The notes beneath the pieces are model-generated. The model searched no databases and was not told where the DNA came from. It was given only the letters and a program-made list of their open reading frames with translations. A program made the position numbers and the translations under genes. DNA of 64,000 bases from an uncultured Armatimonadia bacterium (GTDB taxonomy: Bacteria; Armatimonadota; Zipacnadia; CAVVLO01), in contig CAVVLO010000002.1 in NCBI GenBank assembly GCA_963749155.1, positions 160,001-224,000 on the forward strand. Direction: 5' to 3'. Below are positions 38,070 to 47,776 of the stretch, one piece after another; within the stretch, counting starts at the first letter, position 1, and each line of letters opens with the position of its first letter.

Positions 38070-41000
38070 ATGGCCGGTTCCTGGCGCACCGTGCGAGTGT
38101 TTGTCTCCTCTACCTTCCGTGATATGCACGCAGAACGGGACTGGCTGGCGCGGGTCGTCTTCCCGGAGCTGCGCGAACGCTGTGCAGCAGCGGCAGCTCT
38201 ACCTCACCGACGTGGACCTGCGCTGGGGGGTGACTGAGGCAGAGGCCGAACAGGGCAAGGTGCTGGCCGTTTGCCTGGAGGAGATAGACCGCTGCCGGCC
38301 TTTCTTCCTCGGCCTGCTCGGAGAACGCTATGGCTGGGTGCCGGAGACACTTCCGGAGGAAGCAGTAATCGAGTTTCCGTGGGTAGATGACCGAAAAGGG
38401 CACTCTGTAACAGAACTGGAGATACTCCACGGGGTGCTAAATAACCCGGAAATGGCGGGCCGGGCGTTCTTCTTCTTCCGCGAACTGTCAGCAAAGACTC
38501 CGTTACCTGCTGATTACCAGGCTGAAACACCGGAGGCTGCCGAGAAGCTCGCAAAGCTGAAGCAACACGATCCGGGACGCGAAACTTCCTGTAACAGAAT
38601 ATGCCTGCCGGTGGGAGGGCAAGGTCGTCGGGCTGGAGGACTTCGGCAAGGCGGTGCTGGAGGCTCTCTGGACGGCCATCTCGCGAGGAATATCCCGAAG
38701 ATGCCGAGCCACCGGATGCCCTTACCGAGGAGATAGAGCTTCACGAGGCGCAGGCGGCGCGGCTGGTGGCGGGCTTCGTCGGGCGGCAGGAAGAGAAGCG
38801 CAAGCTCACCGAGTACGTCGAGTCTGACACCCACCGGGCGCTGGCGCTGACCGGCCCGGCTGGCAGTGGCAAGTCGGCGCTGCTGGCGGATTGGTCGCTG
38901 GAGTATCGCGAGGCTCATCCAGAGGCTGAAGTGGTGCTGCACTTCGTCGGGGCAAGCCCTTCCTCGACCAGTCATATCCAGACGATGCGTCGGATTGGCG
39001 AGGAGTTGAAGCGTCGGCTTGGCCTCTTCAGCGAGCTTCCGGACAAGCCAGAGGGGCTGGAGGAGGCCTTCCGCAACCTGCTTGATAGAGGCCGGCAGCA
39101 AGGCCCAAGGGCCGGTCGTGCTGGTGCTCGATGGCCTCAACCAGCTCGAAGACTATCGGCGGGGCGCTGGGCCTGGCGTGGCTGCCGGAGTTCCTGCCGC
39201 CGGGCATCCGGATCATCGCCTCGACGCTGGAAGGGCAGCCTCTGGAGGCACTGCGCCGGCATCAGGCTGAGGAGCTTCTGCTTGCCCCTCTGACCACCCC
39301 GGAGCGGAAACAGCTTGTTACTGACTTCTTAGGGGAATATCGCAAGAAGCTCTCGGACTCTCAGCTTGAGGCGCTGCTGGCTAACGAGGCAACGGAGAAC
39401 GCCCTCTACCTCAAAGTGGCGCTCGAGGAGTTGCGCCTGTTCGGCAGCTTCGAGGAGCTGACACAGCGCATCGAGCGGCTGCCAGCGACGACGGAAGAGC
39501 TGTTCGGGCAGGTGCTGGACCGGGTAGAGGGCGACCACACAGGCGTCTTCCCCGTGGCGGAAGGGCTGGCGCTGCTTGCGGCTTCGCGGTCGGGTCTCTC
39601 AGAACGCGAACTGCTGGAGCTTGTCGGCGGCGAGGTAACAGCCCTGGCCTGGGCGCGCGTCCGGCGGAGCCTTGCGCCCTACCTCGTCCAGCGCGGAGAG
39701 CTGCTGGACTTCGCCCACCGCACTCTCTGGAAGGCCGTGAAGGCGCGCTTATGGCGACTCCCCCGAGCGCCATCTGAAGCTGGCCGACTACTTCCTCACT
39801 GCCGACATCGACTCGCCGCGTGACCGAACGCCCCTGGCAACTCGAACAAGCCGAGGCCTGGGAAGCCCTGAGAGACGAACTGGTAACCCTTGAGGTGATG
39901 GAGTGGTTCTACAACCAGAACCAAGCGCATGACTGGTTCGCCTACTGGAAGCCACTGGCGGGCAGGTATGAGCCTGGGGCCAGTTGCCTGGAAGCGGTCG
40001 AGAGAGACGGCGATGAGCTGGGAAGGGCCAGCCAGGCTAATGCGGCTGGGGCTGTTACTCAAAGCTGCCGGGCTCTACCCCCAGGCGCTGCCCCTGTATG
40101 AGCGGGCACTTGCGATAAAGTGAGGCGCAGCTTGGGGCCGACCACCCCTCCACCGCCACCAGCCTGAACAACCTGGCGGTGCTGTATGAGTCGATGGGGC
40201 AGTATGACAAGGCGCTGCCGCTGTACGAGCGGGCGCTTCGGATAAGGGAGGCGCAGCTTGGGGCCGACCACCCCTACACCGCCTTAAGCCTGAACAACCT
40301 GGCGGTGCTGTATAAGTCGATGGGGCAGTATGACAAGGCGCTGCCCCTGTGCGAGCGGGCGCTTCGGATAAGGGAGGCGCAGCTTGGGGCCGACCACCCC
40401 GACACCGCCCCAGCCTGAACAACCTGGCGGGGCTGTATTAGGCGATGGGGCAGTATGAGCAAGGCGCTGCCCCTGTATGAGCGGGCACTAGCGATAAGGG
40501 AGGCGCAGCTTGGGGCCGACCACCCCTGACCGCCGCTACAGCCTGAACAACCTGGCGGTGCTGTATTACGCGATGGGGCAGTATGAGCAAGGCGCTGCCG
40601 CTGTATGAGCGGGCACTGCGCGATAAGGGAGGCGCAGCTTGGGGCCGACCACCCCGACACCGCCACCAGCCTGAACAACCTGGCGGGGCTGTATGACGCG
40701 ATGGGGCAGTATGAGAAGGCGCTGCCCCTGTATGAGCGGGCGCTTGCGATAAGTGAGGCGCAGCTTGGGGCCGACCACCCCTCCACCGCCACCAGCCTGA
40801 ACAACCTGGCGGGGCTGTATCGAGTCGATGGGGCAGTATGACAAGGCGCTGCCCCTTTATGAGCGGGCGCTTGCGATCGATGAGGTCGCAGCTTGGGGAT
40901 GATCACCCCGACACCGCCACCAAGCCTGAACAACCTGGCAGTGCTCTATAAGTCGATGGGACAGTATGAGCAAGGCGCTGCCCCTGTATGAGCGGGCACT

Positions 41001-41345
41001 TGCGATAAGGGAGGCGCAGCTTGGGGCCGACCACCCCGACACCGCCCCAGCCTGAACAACCTGGCGGGGCTCTATCAGGCGATGGGGCAGTATGAGAAGG
41101 CGCTGCCCCTGTACGAGCGGGCACTTAGGATAATGAGGCGCAGCTTGGGGCCGACCACCCCTACCACCGCCACCAGCCTGAACAACCTGGCAGGACTGTA
41201 TTACGCGATGGGCCAATACGAGCAGGCGCTGCCACTTCTCCAGCGCGCGGCCAATATACTAGAGAAGACTTTAGGGCCTGACCATCCTAATACCAGGACA
41301 TGCCAAGCCAATATTGAAGCCCTGAGGCAGGCGATGGGGCAGGGG
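38070..41345 (+). pseudogene. DUF4062-STAND (NACHT-like) NTPase-TPR protein (NLR-like), broken by many frameshifts, probably sequencing errors
   Basis: From ATG 38070: [49 protein letters not shown]; Walker A GPAGSGKS; Walker B VLVLDGLNQL; NALYLKVALEEL; 42-aa TPR repeats. True end is uncertain. Confidence 0.8.
40085..41290 (+). repeat. Tandem ~126-bp repeat array (9 near-identical units) encoding 42-aa TPRs
   Basis: CTGAACAACCTGGC recurs near 40164, 40290, 40415, 40543, 40671, 40797, 40926, 41053 and 41178. Confidence 0.92.
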
Positions 41346-41354
41346 AAAGGTTAC

Positions 41355-41590
41355 TCTCGAGGGTGCAGGGATTGTATCTCTGCACCGCGTCGATTAGCCA
41401 GTTCAGGTGCAAGGGTAGAACCCTTGCACCATCGAACTTTAGCGAACCCTTGCGCCACCTCGAACTTAAGCGAACCCTTGCACCCTCGAGATTTTTGGAT
41501 ATGGCCCTTCGACAAGGCGGCCTGGCAGCCGCCTGCTCAGGACCTCGGCCTAACGGCCTCGGGCTGGGCGGGGCTTAGACCCGCCCCTAC
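41355..41590. repeat. Cluster of REP-like palindromes and short direct repeats
   Basis: Outer IR TCTCGAGGGTGCA(A)GGG; hairpin GGTGCAAGGGT/ACCCTTGCACC; 3x GAACCCTTGCRCC; minus-strand GTAGGGGCGGGTCTAAGCCCCGCCC at 41566-41590. Confidence 0.65.
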
Positions 41591-41709
41591 AGAAGGCGAA
41601 GCGCCGCGATGGAGTCTTCCTTTCCTTGACCCGGCCCGCAGGATAAGCCAGAATAAGCCAAGGCGCCGCAAGAAGACTCGCGCAACGCGCGCCCTAATCC
41701 CTGTAGAAG

Positions 41710-43440
41710 ATGAGACAGACCAAAATGAGTGATCCTGGCAGCACAGAACCACTAACTGGTGACAGGCCCGAGCCAACTGACTTCATCCGCGAGGCGGTGA
41801 AGCAAGACCTGGCCGAGGGACGCTTCGACCATGTCCAGACGCGCTTCCCTCCCGAGCCAAACGCCTATCTGCATATCGGCCACGCAAAGGCAGTCTGGAT
41901 TGATTACGGCATCGCCGAGGAGTTCGGCGGGCTGTTCAACCTGCGTTTCGACGATACCAATCCGACAAAAGAAGAGCAGGAGTTTGTGGATGGCATCATT
42001 GAGGATGTCCACTGGCTTGGCGCCGACTGGGGCGACCGGTTGTTCTTTGGGTCGGACTACTTCGAGCAGATGTACGAGTGGGCGCTTGTCCTCATCAAGA
42101 AAGGCCTGGCCTATGTCTGCGACCTGACGCCTGAAGAGGTAATTGACTCGCGGGGCGCGCCTACTCGGCCAGGTGTCGAGAGTCCCTATCGCGGTCGCAG
42201 CATCGAAGAGAATCTCGACCTCTTCGAGCGGATGCGCGCCGGGGAGTTTCCGGATGGCACCAGGACGCTTCGGGCCAAGATTGATATGACCTCGCCCAAC
42301 TTGAATCTGCGCGACCCGATTATGTATCGCATCCGGCACGCAGAGCATCATCGCCAGGGCAACAAATGGTGCATCTATCCGATGTACGACTGGGCGCATG
42401 GACTGGAAGATTCCATCGAGGGCATTACGCATTCGCTGTGTTCGCTGGAATATGAGAATCACAGGCCGCTCTATGACTGGTTCCTCGAGGCGCTTGAGAT
42501 CTATCATCCAAGGCAAATTGAGTTCGCGCGGCTTAATCTCTCTTATACGGTGATGAGCAAGCGGCGCTTCATCGAGCTGGTGCAGGGCGGTTATGTAAGC
42601 GGATATGACGACCCTCGACTGCCGACCCTGGCTGGCATGCGCAGGCGTGGCTACACGCCGGAGGCTATCAAAGACTTCTGCAAGCGCATTGGGGTCGCCA
42701 AGTCAGACAGTATCGTGGACATCGCCATGCTGGAAGACTGCGTGCGAGAGCATCTCAACAAGACGGCCGCGCGTGTAATGGCCGTTATGAAGCCGCTCAA
42801 GGTCGTTCTGATCAACTATCCAGAGGACCAGATCGAAGAACTGGACGCGATAAATAATCCCGAGGACACCTCGGCTGGCAGTCGCAAGGTGCCTTTCGCC
42901 CGTGAGCTGTATATCGAACGCGAAGACTTTGCCGAAGACCCGCCGCCAAAGTTTTACAGACTGGCTCCAGGTCGCGAAGTGCGACTGCGTTATGCGTATT
43001 TCATCAAATGCGAGGAAGTAGTGAAGGACGAGAGAGGCGATATTGTCGAACTCCGCTGCACTTACGATCCTGAGACTCGCGGGGGCGATGCGCCCGATGG
43101 ACGCAAGGTGAAGAGCACTCTCCACTGGGTTGCGGCAGCCTCTGCTGTGGAAGCCGAGGTGCGCTTGTTCGACCGGTTGTTCCTGAAGCCTGATCCGGAC
43201 GAGGTAGAAGAGGGGCAGGATTATCTTGCCAACCTCAATCCTGAATCCCTGGAGATAACCTCCTGCTTCATCGAACCAGGTGCTGTCGGAGCCGAACCTG
43301 GCACGCGCTTCCAGTTCGAGCGGCAGGGGTACTTCTGTGTCGATCGTGATTCGACCCCTGAGAAGCTCTGCTTCAACAGGACGGTCACCCTGCGCGACTC
43401 ATGGGCAAAGATTGCCCAGGCCACAAAGCAGGGGAAGTAA
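41710..43440 (+). CDS. glnS: Glutamine--tRNA ligase
   Basis: [59 protein letters not shown]. Confidence 0.96.
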   Translation: MRQTKMSDPGSTEPLTGDRPEPTDFIREAVKQDLAEGRFDHVQTRFPPEPNAYLHIGHAKAVWIDYGIAEEFGGLFNLRFDDTNPTKEEQEFVDGIIEDVHWLGADWGDRLFFGSDYFEQMYEWALVLIKKGLAYVCDLTPEEVIDSRGAPTRPGVESPYRGRSIEENLDLFERMRAGEFPDGTRTLRAKIDMTSPNLNLRDPIMYRIRHAEHHRQGNKWCIYPMYDWAHGLEDSIEGITHSLCSLEYENHRPLYDWFLEALEIYHPRQIEFARLNLSYTVMSKRRFIELVQGGYVSGYDDPRLPTLAGMRRRGYTPEAIKDFCKRIGVAKSDSIVDIAMLEDCVREHLNKTAARVMAVMKPLKVVLINYPEDQIEELDAINNPEDTSAGSRKVPFARELYIEREDFAEDPPPKFYRLAPGREVRLRYAYFIKCEEVVKDERGDIVELRCTYDPETRGGDAPDGRKVKSTLHWVAAASAVEAEVRLFDRLFLKPDPDEVEEGQDYLANLNPESLEITSCFIEPGAVGAEPGTRFQFERQGYFCVDRDSTPEKLCFNRTVTLRDSWAKIAQATKQGK

Positions 43441-43463
43441 GGGCCATCCGGAGCCGTCAGCAC

Positions 43464-43493
43464 TTGACATAAGGCCCCCAGCCTTGTAAATAT
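43464..43493 (+). promoter_or_regulatory. Probable tRNA promoter
   Basis: TTGACA-N17-TAAATA just upstream of the tRNA. Confidence 0.45.
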
Positions 43494-43504
43494 ATGGGCC
43501 ACGC

Positions 43505-43580
43505 TGCCGAATAGCTCAATTGGTAGAGCGCGTGCCTCTGGAGCACGATGTTCTAGGTTCGAGTCCTAGTTCGGCAGCCA
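43505..43580 (+). tRNA. tRNA-Gln (anticodon CTG)
   Basis: TGCCGAA/TTCGGCA acceptor stem, GCTC/GAGC D-stem, CGTGC-CTCTGGA-GCACG anticodon arm, TTCGAGT T-loop, encoded CCA. Confidence 0.96.
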
Positions 43581-43593
43581 TCTAGTAAATCGT

Positions 43594-43630
43594 CAAGGGA
43601 GCGCATACATATGCGCTCCCTTGTTGTTTT
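43594..43630 (+). terminator. Intrinsic terminator after the tRNA
   Basis: CAAGGGAGCGCATA / TATGCGCTCCCTTG followed by TTGTTTT. Confidence 0.8.
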
Positions 43631-43695
43631 CCTCGCAGGAAAGCCTCCCCTATACACCGAACCTCTCCCCACAGACGCTGTGGATGGTGAATCAG

Positions 43696-46436
43696 ATGCG
43701 TTTATCAAGGCTAGTGCTTCTCATACTGCTTGCTTGCACAGCTGGCACCGGGGTGAGTGATGTGGCAAAAGGATATATTGACCTGGAAACCAGCACCAGT
43801 TGGCAGCTTGATTTTCCTGCAGGTAGAATTGGTGGCCATGCCCGCACTGGCGTACGCTGGACCGCGCCTGAAGCGGGGGTAATCTCGATCCAGGGCGGGG
43901 TGTGGAAGCTACGCAATAATGACGCGGTCAGAGTCACACTGTGGCTTAAGAGCGAGAAGCTCCTGGACCGCGTGACGCCGCCGCCTCAGTCGCCGACCTG
44001 CAACTCTAGTCGGCCCTGGCCCTTCGTACTGACCGACCTTCGTGTTGAGCGGGGAAACGACGTTATCCTCGAGATCGATGGTAATGACTTTGTGGGCATC
44101 GACCTGGTCATCTCGGATGGGGAGACCACCTGGGATCTGGCGGATGGCTTCAGTGACACCGAGAACCCTTCTGGTCCCTGGGCCTGGGGCGAGGTCGTGA
44201 TGGACGCGGCCCTGCGGCCGCATCTTGCCCCCTTCCCTGTCCACGTAGATGATTATGACGCGCCGGATATGGGGCTTGGCCAGCCGGCATGGACTGGCGA
44301 GGAACCCTTCTGGTACTACTCACTGCTGAAAAGCCGCGGCACGATAAAGCCAAGTCGCGCAGTACGCTTCACTTCCGACCTCACAGTCTGTGCCGAAGCG
44401 GCCGCAGGAGGCACCTGGGCAGGACGTTTCTGGGCAACCAACGGTCGTCAGGAACTCGCTTATGGCCTGATGCAGGAGCCGGCTTTTGCTCTCGATATCG
44501 CAGGTGAACCGCTTGTAGCTGGTTGGAACTGTGCCCAGGCCCTCGAGGTTGAGCCAACAGAGCGTGGTGAACGGCACTTCGTGGTGGAACTCTCTCACGA
44601 CAGCCCAAGGCTGACCTGCAGGTTGCACACACTGCTGGATGGCACCGCAGTGATGACTCGGTGGCTCGAGCTGACTAATGAGTCAGCTGAGGCGTTACCA
44701 CTCACTGGTGTTTGGCCCTGGACGCCTACCTTCATCGCGGGAGCCAACTTCTGGGGCAACGCCAACCCGCCGAAGGTTGCGGACAACGCCTTTACCCTCG
44801 GCTACTTCACGAAGCCCGACCACTGTTGGGAAGGCTGGTTTGACTGGAAGCCGCTGCCGGTTGGCAAGACCGTTATTGGCTGTGACCGCGGCCAGTGCTA
44901 TGACGATCCTTTCTTCATCATTCGCAACGAGGGGACAGGTGAATACGCCATCGGGAGCCTGGCCTGGTCGGCCAACTGGCAGATGGAGCTCGATTACGCC
45001 CAGGAAGGCACTCACACCTTGCGCTGCAAGATAGGCCCCTGGGCGAGTGATGCACTGCGAGTTGTGGCGCCCGGAGAGACCATCACCAGCCCCGCAGTGC
45101 ATCTGGGGCTGGTCGCGGGTGATCTCGACGCCGCGGTGCAGGCGATGCACGAGCATATACGGCGTTCAGTCCTGCCTCCACGTAACCTTGACCGGGCCTA
45201 CCTTGTGCAATACTCGTTACCTGGCGACCAGGGGTACCTGTCCCAGCGATTCGGCGATGCCAGTGGTTACACCGAGGAGAGTGTCCTCGCCAATGTTGAC
45301 CTGGCTGTCTCACTCGGAGCGGAACTCTTCATAATGGATGCCGCCTGGTGGGATATCCAGGGCGATTGGACTGCCTCGCCGACGCGCTTTCCGCACGGGC
45401 TAGACCCGATCATCGACTACTGCCACAAGAAGGGACTGCTGTTTGGGCTCTACGCCGAGATCGAGAAGGCCAGCCCTGGCAGCAAGGCCGCCCAAGAGCA
45501 TCCAGACTGGATCGAGTGGCATGCTCCGTATCCTGTGCTCAATCTGGCCGATCCTGAGGTTGCGGCCTATATGGAGGAGCAACTTGCCAGCCTGATAGAA
45601 CGTTACCGGCTGGATCTCTTCCGCCTTGATTTCAACACGCCGACCTCTGAGCGCTTCGAGGGAGCAAGCTTTGAGCGTGAGGGAAACGTCGAGAACAACT
45701 TCTGGCGTTACTATGACGCCTGCTACGGCATATTCGAGCGCATCCGGGAGCGCTTTCCCGACGTCATCCTCCAGCAAGCGGCCTGTGGCGGTGGCCGCAA
45801 CGACCTGGGCATCGTCGCGCGCTTCGATGAGCAGTATCTCACCGATGGTCTGAGGGTACCGTATGAGCTACAGAACTATGCCGGGCAGACACTCTCACTG
45901 CCTCCGGAGACACTGATCATCGCCCATGGGGCCGATGGGGGACAGGGCTTTGGCGCTGCAGAGAATCTCGACACGGTGCTAAGGACGACTTTCGCCCTGT
46001 CGCCTCCCTGGCTATTTGCAGGCGACAGTAGGCCCGGCTGACACCCCGATGCATCCAGAACGACTCGCGCGTATCCGCCATTACTGCGATCTTTACAAGA
46101 GCTTCATCAGGCCACTGCTGCCCACTTGCAAGGTCTTCCACCACGAGCCAGTCAGCGCGACTGGCGGGGTCGAATCGAGCGGCTGGTTTGTGCTGGAATA
46201 TGCCTCGCCCGACCGCAAGCAAGGGTGGGCAACGTTAGTGCGGATTGCGCGTAAGGGTGACGACCTAGTACTTCCTCAGGCCGCGCGGGCTCGATCCAGC
46301 CAAAACTTATGAGGTTACTTTCGACAACTTCGGCTCGAAGGTAAAACTCACGGGCCTGGAACTGATGCGAGAGGGCATACCTGTAAGGTTAGAGGCCTTA
46401 GCCTCCTCTGAACTGCTGCTCTTCAAGGCCAGGTGA
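43696..46436 (+). CDS. Exported GH36 alpha-galactosidase-like protein; two frameshifts (~46030, ~46265)
   Basis: ELFIMDAAWW..GDW..RFPHG, LFRLDF, ACGGGRND. C-terminal PRGLDPAKTYEVTFD..SSELLLFKAR* lies in a third frame. Confidence 0.8.
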
Positions 46437-46446
46437 GGAGGCCCAG

Positions 46447-47772
46447 ATGCGAATCGCTCTCTTGCTTGCTCTGGGTTTGATTCTGGCTGCGGGCTGCGCA
46501 TGGCCGAAAGGAGGCGGTCCAGTGGGGCTGTCAGGTTACACGCTGGAGGATGACAAAGGCCCCTTCCTTGGACTCGGCGTTACCTATATGGCGGCGCTGC
46601 GCCACTCGAAATATGACTACCCACTGCTCTGCAGCAACCTCGAACTGCTCTCCCAGAACGGCTTCGGCTACATCCGCGTCCTCTCAATGGTCGGTTGGTA
46701 CTCCGCCTGGGAGGGCATCGAGATAGCCCCAGTAGACTTTACAAGCCGCGAAGGCAAGCCGGTTGCCGCCTGGCCAGACTATGACGCTCAGCTTGCACGG
46801 CTTATCGACACAGCCTACGACAAGTATGGCTTGCGTGTCGAGTTGACCCTTTTCGCGGACGCTCAACTGATGCCGGAACGCAAGCAGCGTCTTGCCCACC
46901 TCGATCGGGTGCTTTCCGTAGTAAAGGGAAGAGAGTCCAAAGTCATCCTGCTCGAGGTCGCCAATGAGGCCTGGCAGAACGGCTTTCCGGGCGAGACTGG
47001 CGAGCGAGAACTACGTCACTACTCTGATTACCTGAGGAAGAGAACGCCTGTACTCACTGCGCTTAGCGCACCGCCGGACTCGTCTCTGGAAGGTATCCGC
47101 AAGCTATATGATGGGAGTGTTGCCGACATCGCCACAGTGCACTTCTCCCGCGACATGCACAGCCAGGAAGGCCCCTGGCTTCCTGTCAGAGATTGTTGGG
47201 CAGCAGCAAGAAATGCTGGTCGCCCCATCAGCAGCAACGAACCGATCGGCCCTGGTTCTTCGGTTGACAGCGAATCTGATCCTGTGCGGCTTGTTTCAGC
47301 TGCCCTGCTCGCCTGGACGGCCGGTCTGCCGATGTACGTCTACCACACCTCGGCGGGTGTCTTCGGCAAGGTGCCCTTCGAAGAGATGGCCGGTCTGGCG
47401 AGTTTTGCGAAACTGCGCAAGCTGCTGCCACCCGACCTTCCAAACTGGACGAGGGACGATGGCACAGCACAATATTTCCCTGTCGCCAGCAACTGTGAGC
47501 GCAACTGCCTGGGTGCAGCGTTGCGCGCGCCAAGCGAGGCAGGTTGCATATACTGCCCAGGTGCTACTCAGGATAAAGAGTTCGTTCTCATCCCGATGGG
47601 TGTGCGAGAAGCAGGCATCGAACTTACGGCACATGTATCGGTGGAAATGCGCGTCTACAATCCCTTTACCGGCGAGTTGGTGCTGCGTGGCAAATACGAG
47701 CCGGGAGAGCGCCTCATCCTGCCGCAAGGGTCGGGAGTCTATATCATCTGGGGCAAGCTGAGGGAGAGTTAA
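46447..47772 (+). CDS. Putative glycoside hydrolase lipoprotein (clan GH-A-like TIM barrel)
   Basis: LAAGC lipobox; EVANE and SSNEP acid/base-like motifs. Confidence 0.55.
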   Translation: MRIALLLALGLILAAGCAWPKGGGPVGLSGYTLEDDKGPFLGLGVTYMAALRHSKYDYPLLCSNLELLSQNGFGYIRVLSMVGWYSAWEGIEIAPVDFTSREGKPVAAWPDYDAQLARLIDTAYDKYGLRVELTLFADAQLMPERKQRLAHLDRVLSVVKGRESKVILLEVANEAWQNGFPGETGERELRHYSDYLRKRTPVLTALSAPPDSSLEGIRKLYDGSVADIATVHFSRDMHSQEGPWLPVRDCWAAARNAGRPISSNEPIGPGSSVDSESDPVRLVSAALLAWTAGLPMYVYHTSAGVFGKVPFEEMAGLASFAKLRKLLPPDLPNWTRDDGTAQYFPVASNCERNCLGAALRAPSEAGCIYCPGATQDKEFVLIPMGVREAGIELTAHVSVEMRVYNPFTGELVLRGKYEPGERLILPQGSGVYIIWGKLRES

Positions 47773-47776
47773 CGAG

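Noticed and set aside
40085..41290. CRISPR array or diversity-generating retroelement
   Set aside because: The 126-bp units are coding TPR repeats without unique spacers, and there is no reverse transcriptase in the window.
41418..41490. Mini CRISPR array
   Set aside because: Repeats are only 13 bp, the spacers are near-identical and 13-15 bp long, and there are no cas genes.
41346..41732. C-terminal part of ORF 41082-41732 as real protein
   Set aside because: It reads through the palindromic repeat cluster and into glnS; TPR similarity ends near 41340.
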